From the NCBI GenBank assembly GCA_000004985.1, contig GG738853.1: a DNA stretch of 64,000 bases; one strand, written 5' to 3'. Made by a program: the position numbers and the translations under genes. The DNA comes from Naegleria gruberi (taxonomy: Eukaryota). Of the stretch, positions 55,502 to 64,000 are shown piece by piece (position 1 is the first letter of the stretch; each line of letters begins with the position of its first letter). Below the pieces are notes generated by a model that was given only the letters and a program-made list of their open reading frames with translations, made no database searches and was not told the origin of the DNA.

Positions 55502-58500
55502 TTATAAGAACACAACATCATCTACAGCAACTGCCAATGTCATGGTCTTCTTGAATTGATCTTCCTCAGCAAATTTAAGAGGGAATAAACAAAGATAACC
55601 ATTCACCTTTTTAAGGAGCTTTCGTTTTTCTACTTCTGTCTTTGCTAGAGCAGATGCTGCTGGATCAGTGACAGTTTGAGCTTCATTGGGTGTGGCTGCT
55701 TCACTGTTATTGACCTGGCTCACTACATCAGTGGTGTTAACTGCACTATTGCAAATGTCATGAATTTTCTTTGATAATTTGAGAACTGCTCTCGAAGGGC
55801 TCAAAATCATGTGATGTTCATGATCATCCTCAAAAGATTGCTGTTGTGGTTGTCCTGCAGAAAGTGGAGAAGCAACGTCATCTAAGAATTGACTCTTTGA
55901 AACAACCATTACCTTATCATCCTTTGCAATTTCATTACTTGTAGGAGTTTTATCCAATACTGTATCGAAAATTGCTGTTTTTGATCTAGCTGCTACGTAT
56001 TCTTCAATTGTCTTGTATCTGTCAGTTATTATATCAGTAAATACAGTATCATAAATTTCTGTATTCTTCTTGGCGAGTGTCATTAAAATATTATGTGTTT
56101 CATTATGGATTGGATCTTCAATTTGACTTCTTTTTCTTTCATGTTCTTCCAATTCCAATTCCAACTTGGTCTTTGTTCCTGATAAATTTTGAGAACGATC
56201 AAAGTGGAAAATCTTTGCCATATTGGTTCCCATCAAACGACCAGCTGTAGTTGTTGGAGGAGGAGGAACCAAATGATTAATCTGGTCAGGGGTGGTATCC
56301 ATGGAAGCTCTCAAATCCTCTTCAGATTCCATTGAGCTGATTTCTTGAATGTGTTTCTCTAATAGTTTTTGTTCCTTCTTCTTTGGGAACAGTCCCAAAT
56401 GTTCCTTCCACAATCTGAGTCTGAGAGAGTGAGCAAATTTACCAGCTCTGTATGGTCTTCCATTCATCTTGGAAGTGGTAAATGACTTGTCAGAAATCAC
56501 AACAGCAATTTCACTATCTCTATTTCCTAACATGGATCTGTCATTGATATTTGCACTTCCAATAATTGTATGTCTATCGTCGACAATCATAACCTTACTG
56601 TGAACATAGACATGCTCAGTAACTGCTCTCTTTCCAGTTGGAATCTTATCAACAAATGAGCTTTCAGTCTTTTTACGTTTCTTCTTTTTCTTCTTTTTAT
56701 CTTCATCAGAGGTATATTCATCAGAGGAAATGTCATAGTTTGGCTTTCTCCACTTGTCATCGAATATTTTATCATCACCTGAATCATCATCATCATCTAC
56801 TGAAGTAGCTGCTTGATAATATTTCATGAGGTCATTATTATTCATAAATCCATAATTTCTCAAACAAAAGAAGACAATATACTGTTCAATGAGTTCCTCA
56901 GTTGCCTGTGGATACTCCTGTTTGATGTAATTGAAGAGAGAAGTGGAAGATCTGTTAATGGTCTTGTACTGGAATTTCATTAATTGTTGAACAGATGCAA
57001 TAGCAACATCTCCCTCAGGATGTGAAGGTACAACAATGTAAACTCTGAATACCTCTCCTCTTCTCATCTTTTCAACAACCTTTCTGCCTATGAATAGTGG
57101 AATGGCATTCTTGACAGGACTTCCAGCAGTGCCTCCTATGAAGAATTGATTCTCAATGTAAATGTAGTGTTGAGCTTCCTCAATCAAGTGTAAATAGGAT
57201 AGATAAATCGATTGTTCTGTATCATTTCCTCCACTCCATCTAGAAATGGATCTGACAACTTGGGCGTTACATACGAATCCTTCATCATCAGGACAGGAAA
57301 TTTCCTCGACATATTTACTTTCTTCCTTTGAGCTCTTCTTTTCTTCCCTTTTCTTTTCTTCTCTCTTCTTTTCTTTCATAAATTCCTTCATAATCTTTTC
57401 TTCCTTTTCCTTTTCTCTTTCAACGTCCTTGTGTCGTTCTCTTTCAGCTCCTCTTCTAATGAGTTGATTTGGATTGTGTTTCTCGAACCAACTCTTGGTT
57501 CTTGCTCTTACACCCTCCATTCTGCTTTCGAACTGAGAGGTTCTTGGAGAACCGACCACATTCTTATCCAAGTGAGGAGCATTACTGGAAGATACCTGCA
57601 CACCGTCCTGATTAGTAACATTCTCATCACGAATCATCAGTGGTGAGCTGGTATTGGCATTTCCAGAACTACCTGGTGCCTTGTTCATTAAGGTGGCAGT
57701 ATCTTCTGTCTGAATACTTGGCGGAGTATTGTACTGCTGAGTGAAGAATTGTTTGAGACGTCTAGGAGTATTTTGAATGTTAGAAATATTATTGTACAGA
57801 TTAGTAGGCATGCCTGCAAATCTTCTCTTTTTGATCTTTTCCTTTCTAGCAAGAGATGCATTCTGGAGTTTGTAATACTCAAAGAGAGGATTCTTCTTGA
57901 CAGTTTTCAATTGGAGAGCTGTTGAAGGTGTTGCCTTTGTGTGCTGATTCCATCTTTCAATGAAATTAAGTGCAACATCTCTTGCCAACAATCCACTCAC
58001 CATTGAGTGAACATCATGCCAAGGTTCTCTTGGAATGAACTCTCTATCGAAGGTATCTTTAAAGTGAGCTAGTTTGTCTTCAAATCTAGTCGATGGTACA
58101 AGATTAGGATTCATATAGTCACCTCCAGGGAATTTGAGGGCAGTGTGATTGTCATCAGTTAGTGAATGATGGTGATCGTCCCATCTTCCATAAGCCAAAT
58201 CCAATCCTCCAATGAATGCCACCGATTGATCAACCACAACAATCTTTTGATGATGTGTAAAATTGATAGGGTATCTCTTTGGATGGCTGCAGACGTAAAT
58301 ATTTCGAGGGAAGAGACTTCTCAAATACTTTTTGGTTTGTCTCGTGTCAAGATTCAAACCAGCCACTGAAGTCTCCTTCCACAAAATAATGTAAATCTTT
58401 ACACCTTGAGCTGCCTTATTTTTAATCAGAATATCCAAACGAGATTCAGCAACTCTAGGAGCATCGCCTCTAATGAGATACATGAGAGGACTGAGGAGCC

Positions 58501-61429
58501 AATCAGAGATGAAAATTTCTTCCTTTGCTCTGTCCATGGCAATGGCAATATCTCTGAATGCATCTTTTCCGTCGACGTACCATTTGATTTTGACATTGTC
58601 TCTCTCTGGTGCAAAGGAGTGGAATCTGTTATTGAGCTCAGTTGCCTGAGTAATTTGCATGAAGAGCGTAAAAAGCCATGCAACTTTCTGTTCATTTTCA
58701 TCAGCCATAAACATGAATTTCTTAGCTACGAAATTACTCGAAACTGAAACAAATGCTGTATTGCTTGGAGAGCCTACGTTTGGTTGGGAAGCTGATTGTA
58801 AGGTTAGGAAGGAGAAGTAAGGAGTAGTTGAGAAGGAAAATGTTGGTTTGCCACCATTCAAGTTTGGTGAAGAGCTCTGTTGGGTTGAAGCCGCAGTTGT
58901 GACACTTGTTGGCATGCTCGTGGAGGGAGAGGCAGGGCTTTGTGGATTGAGGGAGTCCTGGAACATTTCATCACCATCGCCTGAATGTCGTGAATTCATA
59001 ATGGATCGTTTCTTTCGTTCATTATTTCCTCCATTCGTGTGAACTGCATAGGACGGAGTGGTGGGAGGTGTGATGAGCTCTGCTTGTTTTTCATTGATTA
59101 CTTTCACACAAGTTCTCAAATCAATAGTTTCTATACATTTGGAATGAATGTCGGAATTTTCTCCTGTCATTGTTGATGGATCAACATCGTAGAGGAACAT
59201 CATGGAGCCCTTAATTTCACAAAAGTAGGTTTGCTGAGAGAACATATTCTTCAACTTGCCACTAATTTCATAGGCATCTTTGGATTTGGAAAGGAATTCA
59301 TGAACAGGTTTCATAATTGGAATGAAGAAGGTTTCGAAAACTCCCAAACCATTCAGAAAGACATCGTCGAATATTTGGCTGTTATCGAAAAATTCTCCCC
59401 TCGTCAATGTTAAACTGGAAGCCGATTTGAGATTCAAGAGACTTGAATTCTTTCTCTGGTTATATGAAAAATCAAAGAATTGATCGACAAGTGTTTCGAA
59501 TAATTTGAATTTCTCTGTTGTGGTCAAACCATCCAATTTGATAATTTCCACATGCTCTGAAGATAGAGCAACTGCTGAGGTGAGCAGTGAACTGCTCAAT
59601 GCTTCATTATTGTCATCTTCCTCTACAGATTTCTTTCCTTTGGTTTTCTCAGAATTCACAGGTGACATTCCTCCATCAGAATATGTATCCAGATCAGATA
59701 TATTGTTTGTACTTCGTGGAGAGAAGAGCATTTTCCTAGCAGAGGCTAACATGCCTTTAGTTCTTTTCAGTGTTAACAAGTTCAACCTGTCCATAGCAAT
59801 CAAAAAGGTCAATAGATCTTCTCGTGACAAACACTCGTCTCCATCCAAATCGAGCATTGTAAAAACAAGTGAGGATCTTTCTCTCAAAAGTGCTTCTCTT
59901 TTCAATTGCTCATGCTCTTCAATATCAGAATCGTTATCTGAAAAGACAGTACTCATTGATAATCTACTCATCTTTTGTGCATAAACTTGGCCATCACGGA
60001 TTGAAATCGATGCAGCAGCAAGTGACAAGATGAATCTCTGGAACGTCAACACGAAAGAATCTGCCGATAGAATGAACTGATGATGATGGTGATAGTGATT
60101 ATGCTCATTTGCCAAATGTCCATCAGTGACTGCTCTATAAACAGCATCAAAGACAAATTTTTCCACCAATTCCAAATCCATATCCTCAATATTAGAAAGA
60201 GTCATTGAGGCAGAATTGTTTGTTAATGAGAGAGGTGGTACAGTTGCAGGAATGAAGGTTGTTTGTGGAGGAGAGGCATAAGAAGCATTATTTGGGGAAG
60301 TTGAAAGGAGTGGTGGAGAAGTCTTCTTATCTAAACTTGATTGGAGGAATGGTACACCTGTTTGTTGTGATGTTGCCTGAACATTACTAGTCGATGGTGT
60401 TGCCTGATAATGGGAATGCAATGAATTTGATTTTGTTCTCGTCTTGTTCACAACCTTTCCATGTTGGAAAAGCAATTGATGGCATTCTCCCTGTGCCAAG
60501 TACAGCTGATGAATATCATAATATGAAACAGAGGAGGCCAACAATGCCTGTCTCAAGATAGTTTTTCCAGGAGTTGCACCATTAATACTGGCCATACTAG
60601 ATGAATTTGACATGGTCGATGAGACGGAATCTCTCTTTTGACCATTCTTCCACTGTTCCTGTGTATTTCCTCTCGGTGTTTGCATTGTTTGATGAGAATG
60701 AGATTGTTGAAAACACAAGTTGCAAAAACTGAGAAAAATTCCCTTAAATAACTTGAATTCGTCCAATGTAAAACAAGATTTGTTCTGTAAATCTCTCTCC
60801 ATTCTAAACTTGGTCCTATTCACAGCTTGCATCACATTACCTCCAGAACCAGATCTTGATTGACCTGGATTTGCTGATGTTGGCAATTTCAATTCCTCCT
60901 TTGAAGATGAAGATGAGGAAAATCCCAAAGTTTTGTTTCTTGGAGTATTCTTTGAATTTGTACGTGGAGTGGTAGCTGAGAGTGATTTCTCATTATTATT
61001 CGTCATGGTCAAGACAATTTCCATTGGAGGAACTGTTTCATGGCCACCTCCATTTCCTGTACTCAAATATGATGGTTCTCTACGATGACCCACTTTACCA
61101 GCACCAGTTGACCGAGGAGTATTCGCCGTATTAGGTGTAGTTGTAGAATTTGGTGTAGTATTAACATTTCCTGTTGTTGATGTTCCATTGTTATTGCTAG
61201 TTCTCGCAGTGAGTGTTCCATTCTTTGCTTGTTGTTTTAATGAATCTAATAAATGTTTGGGAAGATAGACATCTGCCTCCTCATTATGAACGACCTCATG
61301 ATAGAGATGATGATTGGGAGGTAATTGTTGTTGTGAATTATTGGAAAGTGAAAGATCGATTGGTTGGTGTGATTTGATATTGCTATTGCTGATGGAAGGA
61401 TCGGAATGGTGGGAGTGTTTGTTTCCCAT
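55502..61429 (-). CDS. Phospholipase D (PLD1/2-type, two HKD motifs) with long N-terminal low-complexity region, an EF-hand-like loop and PH-like region (1975 aa, single exon).
   Basis: HKD1 is HHQKIVVVDQSVAFIGGLDLAYGRWDD. HKD2 is YVHSKVMIVDDRHTIIGSANINDRSM. Also IYIENQFF, an EF-hand-like DLDGDECLSREDL, and acidic/lysine inserts in the catalytic region. Confidence 0.9.
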   Translation of the reverse strand: MGNKHSHHSDPSISNSNIKSHQPIDLSLSNNSQQQLPPNHHLYHEVVHNEEADVYLPKHLLDSLKQQAKNGTLTARTSNNNGTSTTGNVNTTPNSTTTPNTANTPRSTGAGKVGHRREPSYLSTGNGGGHETVPPMEIVLTMTNNNEKSLSATTPRTNSKNTPRNKTLGFSSSSSSKEELKLPTSANPGQSRSGSGGNVMQAVNRTKFRMERDLQNKSCFTLDEFKLFKGIFLSFCNLCFQQSHSHQTMQTPRGNTQEQWKNGQKRDSVSSTMSNSSSMASINGATPGKTILRQALLASSVSYYDIHQLYLAQGECHQLLFQHGKVVNKTRTKSNSLHSHYQATPSTSNVQATSQQTGVPFLQSSLDKKTSPPLLSTSPNNASYASPPQTTFIPATVPPLSLTNNSASMTLSNIEDMDLELVEKFVFDAVYRAVTDGHLANEHNHYHHHHQFILSADSFVLTFQRFILSLAAASISIRDGQVYAQKMSRLSMSTVFSDNDSDIEEHEQLKREALLRERSSLVFTMLDLDGDECLSREDLLTFLIAMDRLNLLTLKRTKGMLASARKMLFSPRSTNNISDLDTYSDGGMSPVNSEKTKGKKSVEEDDNNEALSSSLLTSAVALSSEHVEIIKLDGLTTTEKFKLFETLVDQFFDFSYNQRKNSSLLNLKSASSLTLTRGEFFDNSQIFDDVFLNGLGVFETFFIPIMKPVHEFLSKSKDAYEISGKLKNMFSQQTYFCEIKGSMMFLYDVDPSTMTGENSDIHSKCIETIDLRTCVKVINEKQAELITPPTTPSYAVHTNGGNNERKKRSIMNSRHSGDGDEMFQDSLNPQSPASPSTSMPTSVTTAASTQQSSSPNLNGGKPTFSFSTTPYFSFLTLQSASQPNVGSPSNTAFVSVSSNFVAKKFMFMADENEQKVAWLFTLFMQITQATELNNRFHSFAPERDNVKIKWYVDGKDAFRDIAIAMDRAKEEIFISDWLLSPLMYLIRGDAPRVAESRLDILIKNKAAQGVKIYIILWKETSVAGLNLDTRQTKKYLRSLFPRNIYVCSHPKRYPINFTHHQKIVVVDQSVAFIGGLDLAYGRWDDHHHSLTDDNHTALKFPGGDYMNPNLVPSTRFEDKLAHFKDTFDREFIPREPWHDVHSMVSGLLARDVALNFIERWNQHTKATPSTALQLKTVKKNPLFEYYKLQNASLARKEKIKKRRFAGMPTNLYNNISNIQNTPRRLKQFFTQQYNTPPSIQTEDTATLMNKAPGSSGNANTSSPLMIRDENVTNQDGVQVSSSNAPHLDKNVVGSPRTSQFESRMEGVRARTKSWFEKHNPNQLIRRGAERERHKDVEREKEKEEKIMKEFMKEKKREEKKREEKKSSKEESKYVEEISCPDDEGFVCNAQVVRSISRWSGGNDTEQSIYLSYLHLIEEAQHYIYIENQFFIGGTAGSPVKNAIPLFIGRKVVEKMRRGEVFRVYIVVPSHPEGDVAIASVQQLMKFQYKTINRSSTSLFNYIKQEYPQATEELIEQYIVFFCLRNYGFMNNNDLMKYYQAATSVDDDDDSGDDKIFDDKWRKPNYDISSDEYTSDEDKKKKKKKRKKTESSFVDKIPTGKRAVTEHVYVHSKVMIVDDRHTIIGSANINDRSMLGNRDSEIAVVISDKSFTTSKMNGRPYRAGKFAHSLRLRLWKEHLGLFPKKKEQKLLEKHIQEISSMESEEDLRASMDTTPDQINHLVPPPPTTTAGRLMGTNMAKIFHFDRSQNLSGTKTKLELELEEHERKRSQIEDPIHNETHNILMTLAKKNTEIYDTVFTDIITDRYKTIEEYVAARSKTAIFDTVLDKTPTSNEIAKDDKVMVVSKSQFLDDVASPLSAGQPQQQSFEDDHEHHMILSPSRAVLKLSKKIHDICNSAVNTTDVVSQVNNSEAATPNEAQTVTDPAASALAKTEVEKRKLLKKVNGYLCLFPLKFAEEDQFKKTMTLAVAVDDVVFL

Positions 61430-62173
61430 TATGATGATGATATTATTATGTTTGTTGTTGTTTGTTTGGTTGTATGTTTAGCTAAATAATTATATTAGAA
61501 ATTAAATTATTAGAAATGATGATGGAAAAGGTATGGTGCTAACTTGATGATATTATTTTGCATCATCAAGTTCTGATGGGAATGGATTATCTTTGTACAC
61601 TCTAAATGTTGTCAAAATTGTTTGAGCCACTTTCTAATACTTTCGAATAATTTCTTTCTCGAGAAATTATTAGGTGGTCAATTATAATGGGAATGTGAAG
61701 AGAGAAATTGCTGCGTTGTTGTAGCTCCCGTCAGCCAGCAATTAATCTCGAGATAGTTTTTTATATTTTGCGTATGAAAAGTTCTTATCAATTCCACCTC
61801 ACGAATGGTAACAGATGATCGGAATGATTCTTACGAAGTCTTTAAATGTGCAAGTTTAGAACAATTTGAGTTGGAGTTTAAACTGAGCCACCAAATTGTT
61901 TGTGCTTTTTCTTTGAGAGAAATTATCGAAACACTCACAGAAGAAGGAAGGAACATCAAGTCGATGAAGACACAACCTCTCTCAACGTGGTAGAGCAAAA
62001 GATCGAGTGTGGAGAAAACAACCAACTATTAATACTCTGAGTAAAATATCAAAAAGGTGTTACATTACAAAATAGAGCGTTGCTCTTGTTTGGTGATAGG
62101 ATTGTGAGTCGTTCAACATAAAAGATGAATTGTCAATTTGAGATTTTGAGGTGAAATGAAAATTTAGTACTCT

Positions 62174-62875
62174 TTACTTTTTCTTGGAGCTTCCTTTCTT
62201 GGATTGTTTCTTCTTTTCGTTTGCATCCTCTTGTTCCAAAAGTAATTTCATCATGACTTCTTGTTCGGAAGGTTTTTTCTTTTTATCATTCTTTGAAGGA
62301 GTATTGGATGATGTTTGTTCATTTGGTTGTTGTTGTTGTTGATTGACCAAAGTAACAATAATATCTTCGAAAGGAAGAGCAGCAACTGTTGATTTAGCAG
62401 CACCAGTACTTCTTCCTCCCAACTCGAGACGTAAACTATATTCTTGTCCAATATTGTATGCCTTAACTGGAATTTGTAAGAATTGTTCCTTTTCGGAAAC
62501 AAAACAATTATCCAAGTGTGAAACAACATCATCCAAAGCAGGTAATAAATTAATAGAATCAACATTCGATACCGATGTATTATCCTTCTTTGATTCAAAA
62601 GTATGAACAATTTGTCCAACCACTCTATTAGGAATACCCATTGTTGAATTATCGGAAATTATAGAAATTGTAAATTTAAGAGGCTCAATAGGAGAGAGAA
62701 CCTTTAAAAACATGTCCAATTCCTTCTTATCATTTTCTGTTAATTTTCTATTAAAAACATTTTCCGATGATGCTGATGATGATGATTTTTTAGAGAGGGG
62801 AATCAGGGCATTATTTTTCAAGAGTTTAATTTGAATGACTGGCTTTTTTGTGGTGGTGGTAGTGGAGGAGCTCAT
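62174..62875 (-). CDS. Hypothetical protein with lysine-rich C-terminus (233 aa).
   Basis: ORF with ATG at 62875. A globular middle region. The C-terminal KKKK-rich tail looks like a nuclear-localisation signal. Confidence 0.45.
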   Translation of the reverse strand: MSSSTTTTTKKPVIQIKLLKNNALIPLSKKSSSSASSENVFNRKLTENDKKELDMFLKVLSPIEPLKFTISIISDNSTMGIPNRVVGQIVHTFESKKDNTSVSNVDSINLLPALDDVVSHLDNCFVSEKEQFLQIPVKAYNIGQEYSLRLELGGRSTGAAKSTVAALPFEDIIVTLVNQQQQQPNEQTSSNTPSKNDKKKKPSEQEVMMKLLLEQEDANEKKKQSKKGSSKKK

Positions 62876-63054
62876 TTTTTTTCAACAATTCTTGTTTAAT
62901 AGTTTGGAGCTACAATGAGTTCAACAATTATTCAAATAACACATAATACACTGTACCATCATATGCATAACAATATGAAAAGACTGGTTGATGAGATTAA
63001 CGTTGTAAAGTATTAAAAAATCTCCTAAAAACTAGAAATAATCAACAGAAAAAA

Positions 63055-64000
63055 ATGCCTCCAAGTAAAAAGACCAAACGTTCTTCATCAGAGAACAAGG
63101 AAGAAGCCAAAAGCCGATCGGCTGATCTATCAACAGACTCTGATGAAAAGTTACAATATTTCTCACTGGCTGAAGGAATTGTTTCCATTCCGAAACTTTT
63201 AAGTAAGGCTGACTGTGAAGAACAGATTAGAAAAAGTTACGATTACACTTTCGAAGAATCAGAAGTTGGAAATTCCTCTCGAAAGAAGAATGTTGGAAAC
63301 AAGAAAGTTAGAAACAGTGAACAGGTTGAATTAAATGATGAAGAGCTATCCAAGAAAGTTTTTGTAAAGTGTGAGGATGCAATTAAGAAAATGGTAGGAT
63401 GCTTGCAAACTCTGTTTCTAAATTTAATCCTGTAAAGATTGATAGCAATTGGAAATTATACAGATACAAGAAGGGACAATTTTTTAATTCTCATATTGAT
63501 TCTGGAAGAAATATAGAGGGACATCCAAGCTTTATTACAGTTTTGATTTATTTGAATGATGACTTTGAGGGTGGAGAAACAGTTTTTGAGGATGAAGACG
63601 TTACCATTGAGCCAGAGTTAGGAAAATGTGTCTTGTTTCTTCATCAAATCAAACACACTGCTGAAGAAATCACTAAAAACACCAAGTTTGTCATCAAGTC
63701 TGCAGTGTTATTCGAAGAGAATGAAAATTATGAAAAACAACTAGCAGAAAAGTTTTTCTCTGGGGAATCCAACAAGACCAAGTTAGAAGGTTCCGTCATT
63801 GTTCAAGTAGGAGATGAAGCTTTTAATATGAGTGTAGAAAATATTGGTAATTTTACTGATTCCATGCTGTACACACTCATAAATACGGAAATGGCAAGTG
63901 ACGTTGAAATCAATAAGGATGGTATTCGTGTGTTTAAATTTCCATCCCAAGACCCCCACATATTCAAGAGATTCATCTTGCCAATTTTCAATCAAGCAGA
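63055..64000 (+). CDS. Prolyl 4-hydroxylase-like 2OG-Fe(II) oxygenase, 3'-partial, at least 2 exons: join(63055..63393, 63438..>64000).
   Basis: Exon 2 encodes a P4Hc-type core YKKGQFFNSHIDSG...SFITVLIYLNDDFEGGETVF...KCVLFLHQIKHTAEEI...KFVIKSAVLF (HxD...H plus basic 2OG-binding residue). A 44-nt intron GTAGGA...TAAAG. The ORF is still open at the window end. Confidence 0.7.

Overview
Eukaryotic nuclear DNA, about one third GC. It is gene-dense (about one gene per 1.8 kb). Introns are short (45-160 nt), AT-rich, GTAAGT...(T/C)AG. Proteins are rich in poly-Q/N/S/T tracts. This fits a dictyostelid social amoeba (Amoebozoa), probably a less AT-extreme species than D. discoideum. No bacterial operons, CRISPR arrays or obvious transposons were seen. 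About 34 protein-coding genes and one tRNA-His gene are supported.

Genes start to end: a 5'-partial giant signalling protein (IQ array + LRR + RGS + DH/PH); a secreted protein with three tandem EGF-like Cys repeats; a truncated eIF4A-like DEAD-box N-domain protein with a degenerate DEAD box; several hypothetical proteins; three tandem Q/N-rich genes (one with a SHAQKYF Myb domain); a 6-exon heterotrimeric G-alpha gene; a 3-exon ABCG half-transporter; a CK2-alpha-like protein missing three catalytic residues (predicted pseudokinase); an F-box/LRR protein; a RhoGEF with coiled coil; a TM2-domain gene; a GH20 beta-hexosaminidase; tRNA-His(GUG) with a Pol III terminator; an OB-fold (SOSS-B/NABP-like) protein fused to a basic KPKRQRKPRQPK repeat array; a divergently arranged lipB (octanoyltransferase) / lipA (lipoyl synthase) pair; a C2-domain protein; a 3-exon Cys-type glutathione peroxidase; an SLC13/CitT-like transporter with TrkA-C inserts; an RWP-RK transcription factor missed by the ORF track because its domain exon is read in the wrong frame and split by introns; an SDR; an acyl-CoA synthetase; a 1975-aa phospholipase D with two HKD motifs; a 3'-partial prolyl-4-hydroxylase-like 2OG oxygenase.

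Most interesting: the dead CK2-alpha paralogue; the half eIF4A; the RGS-RhoGEF megaprotein near a G-alpha gene; micro-exons encoding G-alpha switch II; the lipB/lipA head-to-head pair.

Intron coordinates were derived by eye and may be off by 1-2 nt. The ORF track uses non-ATG starts in places, so some CDS starts were moved to the first ATG.
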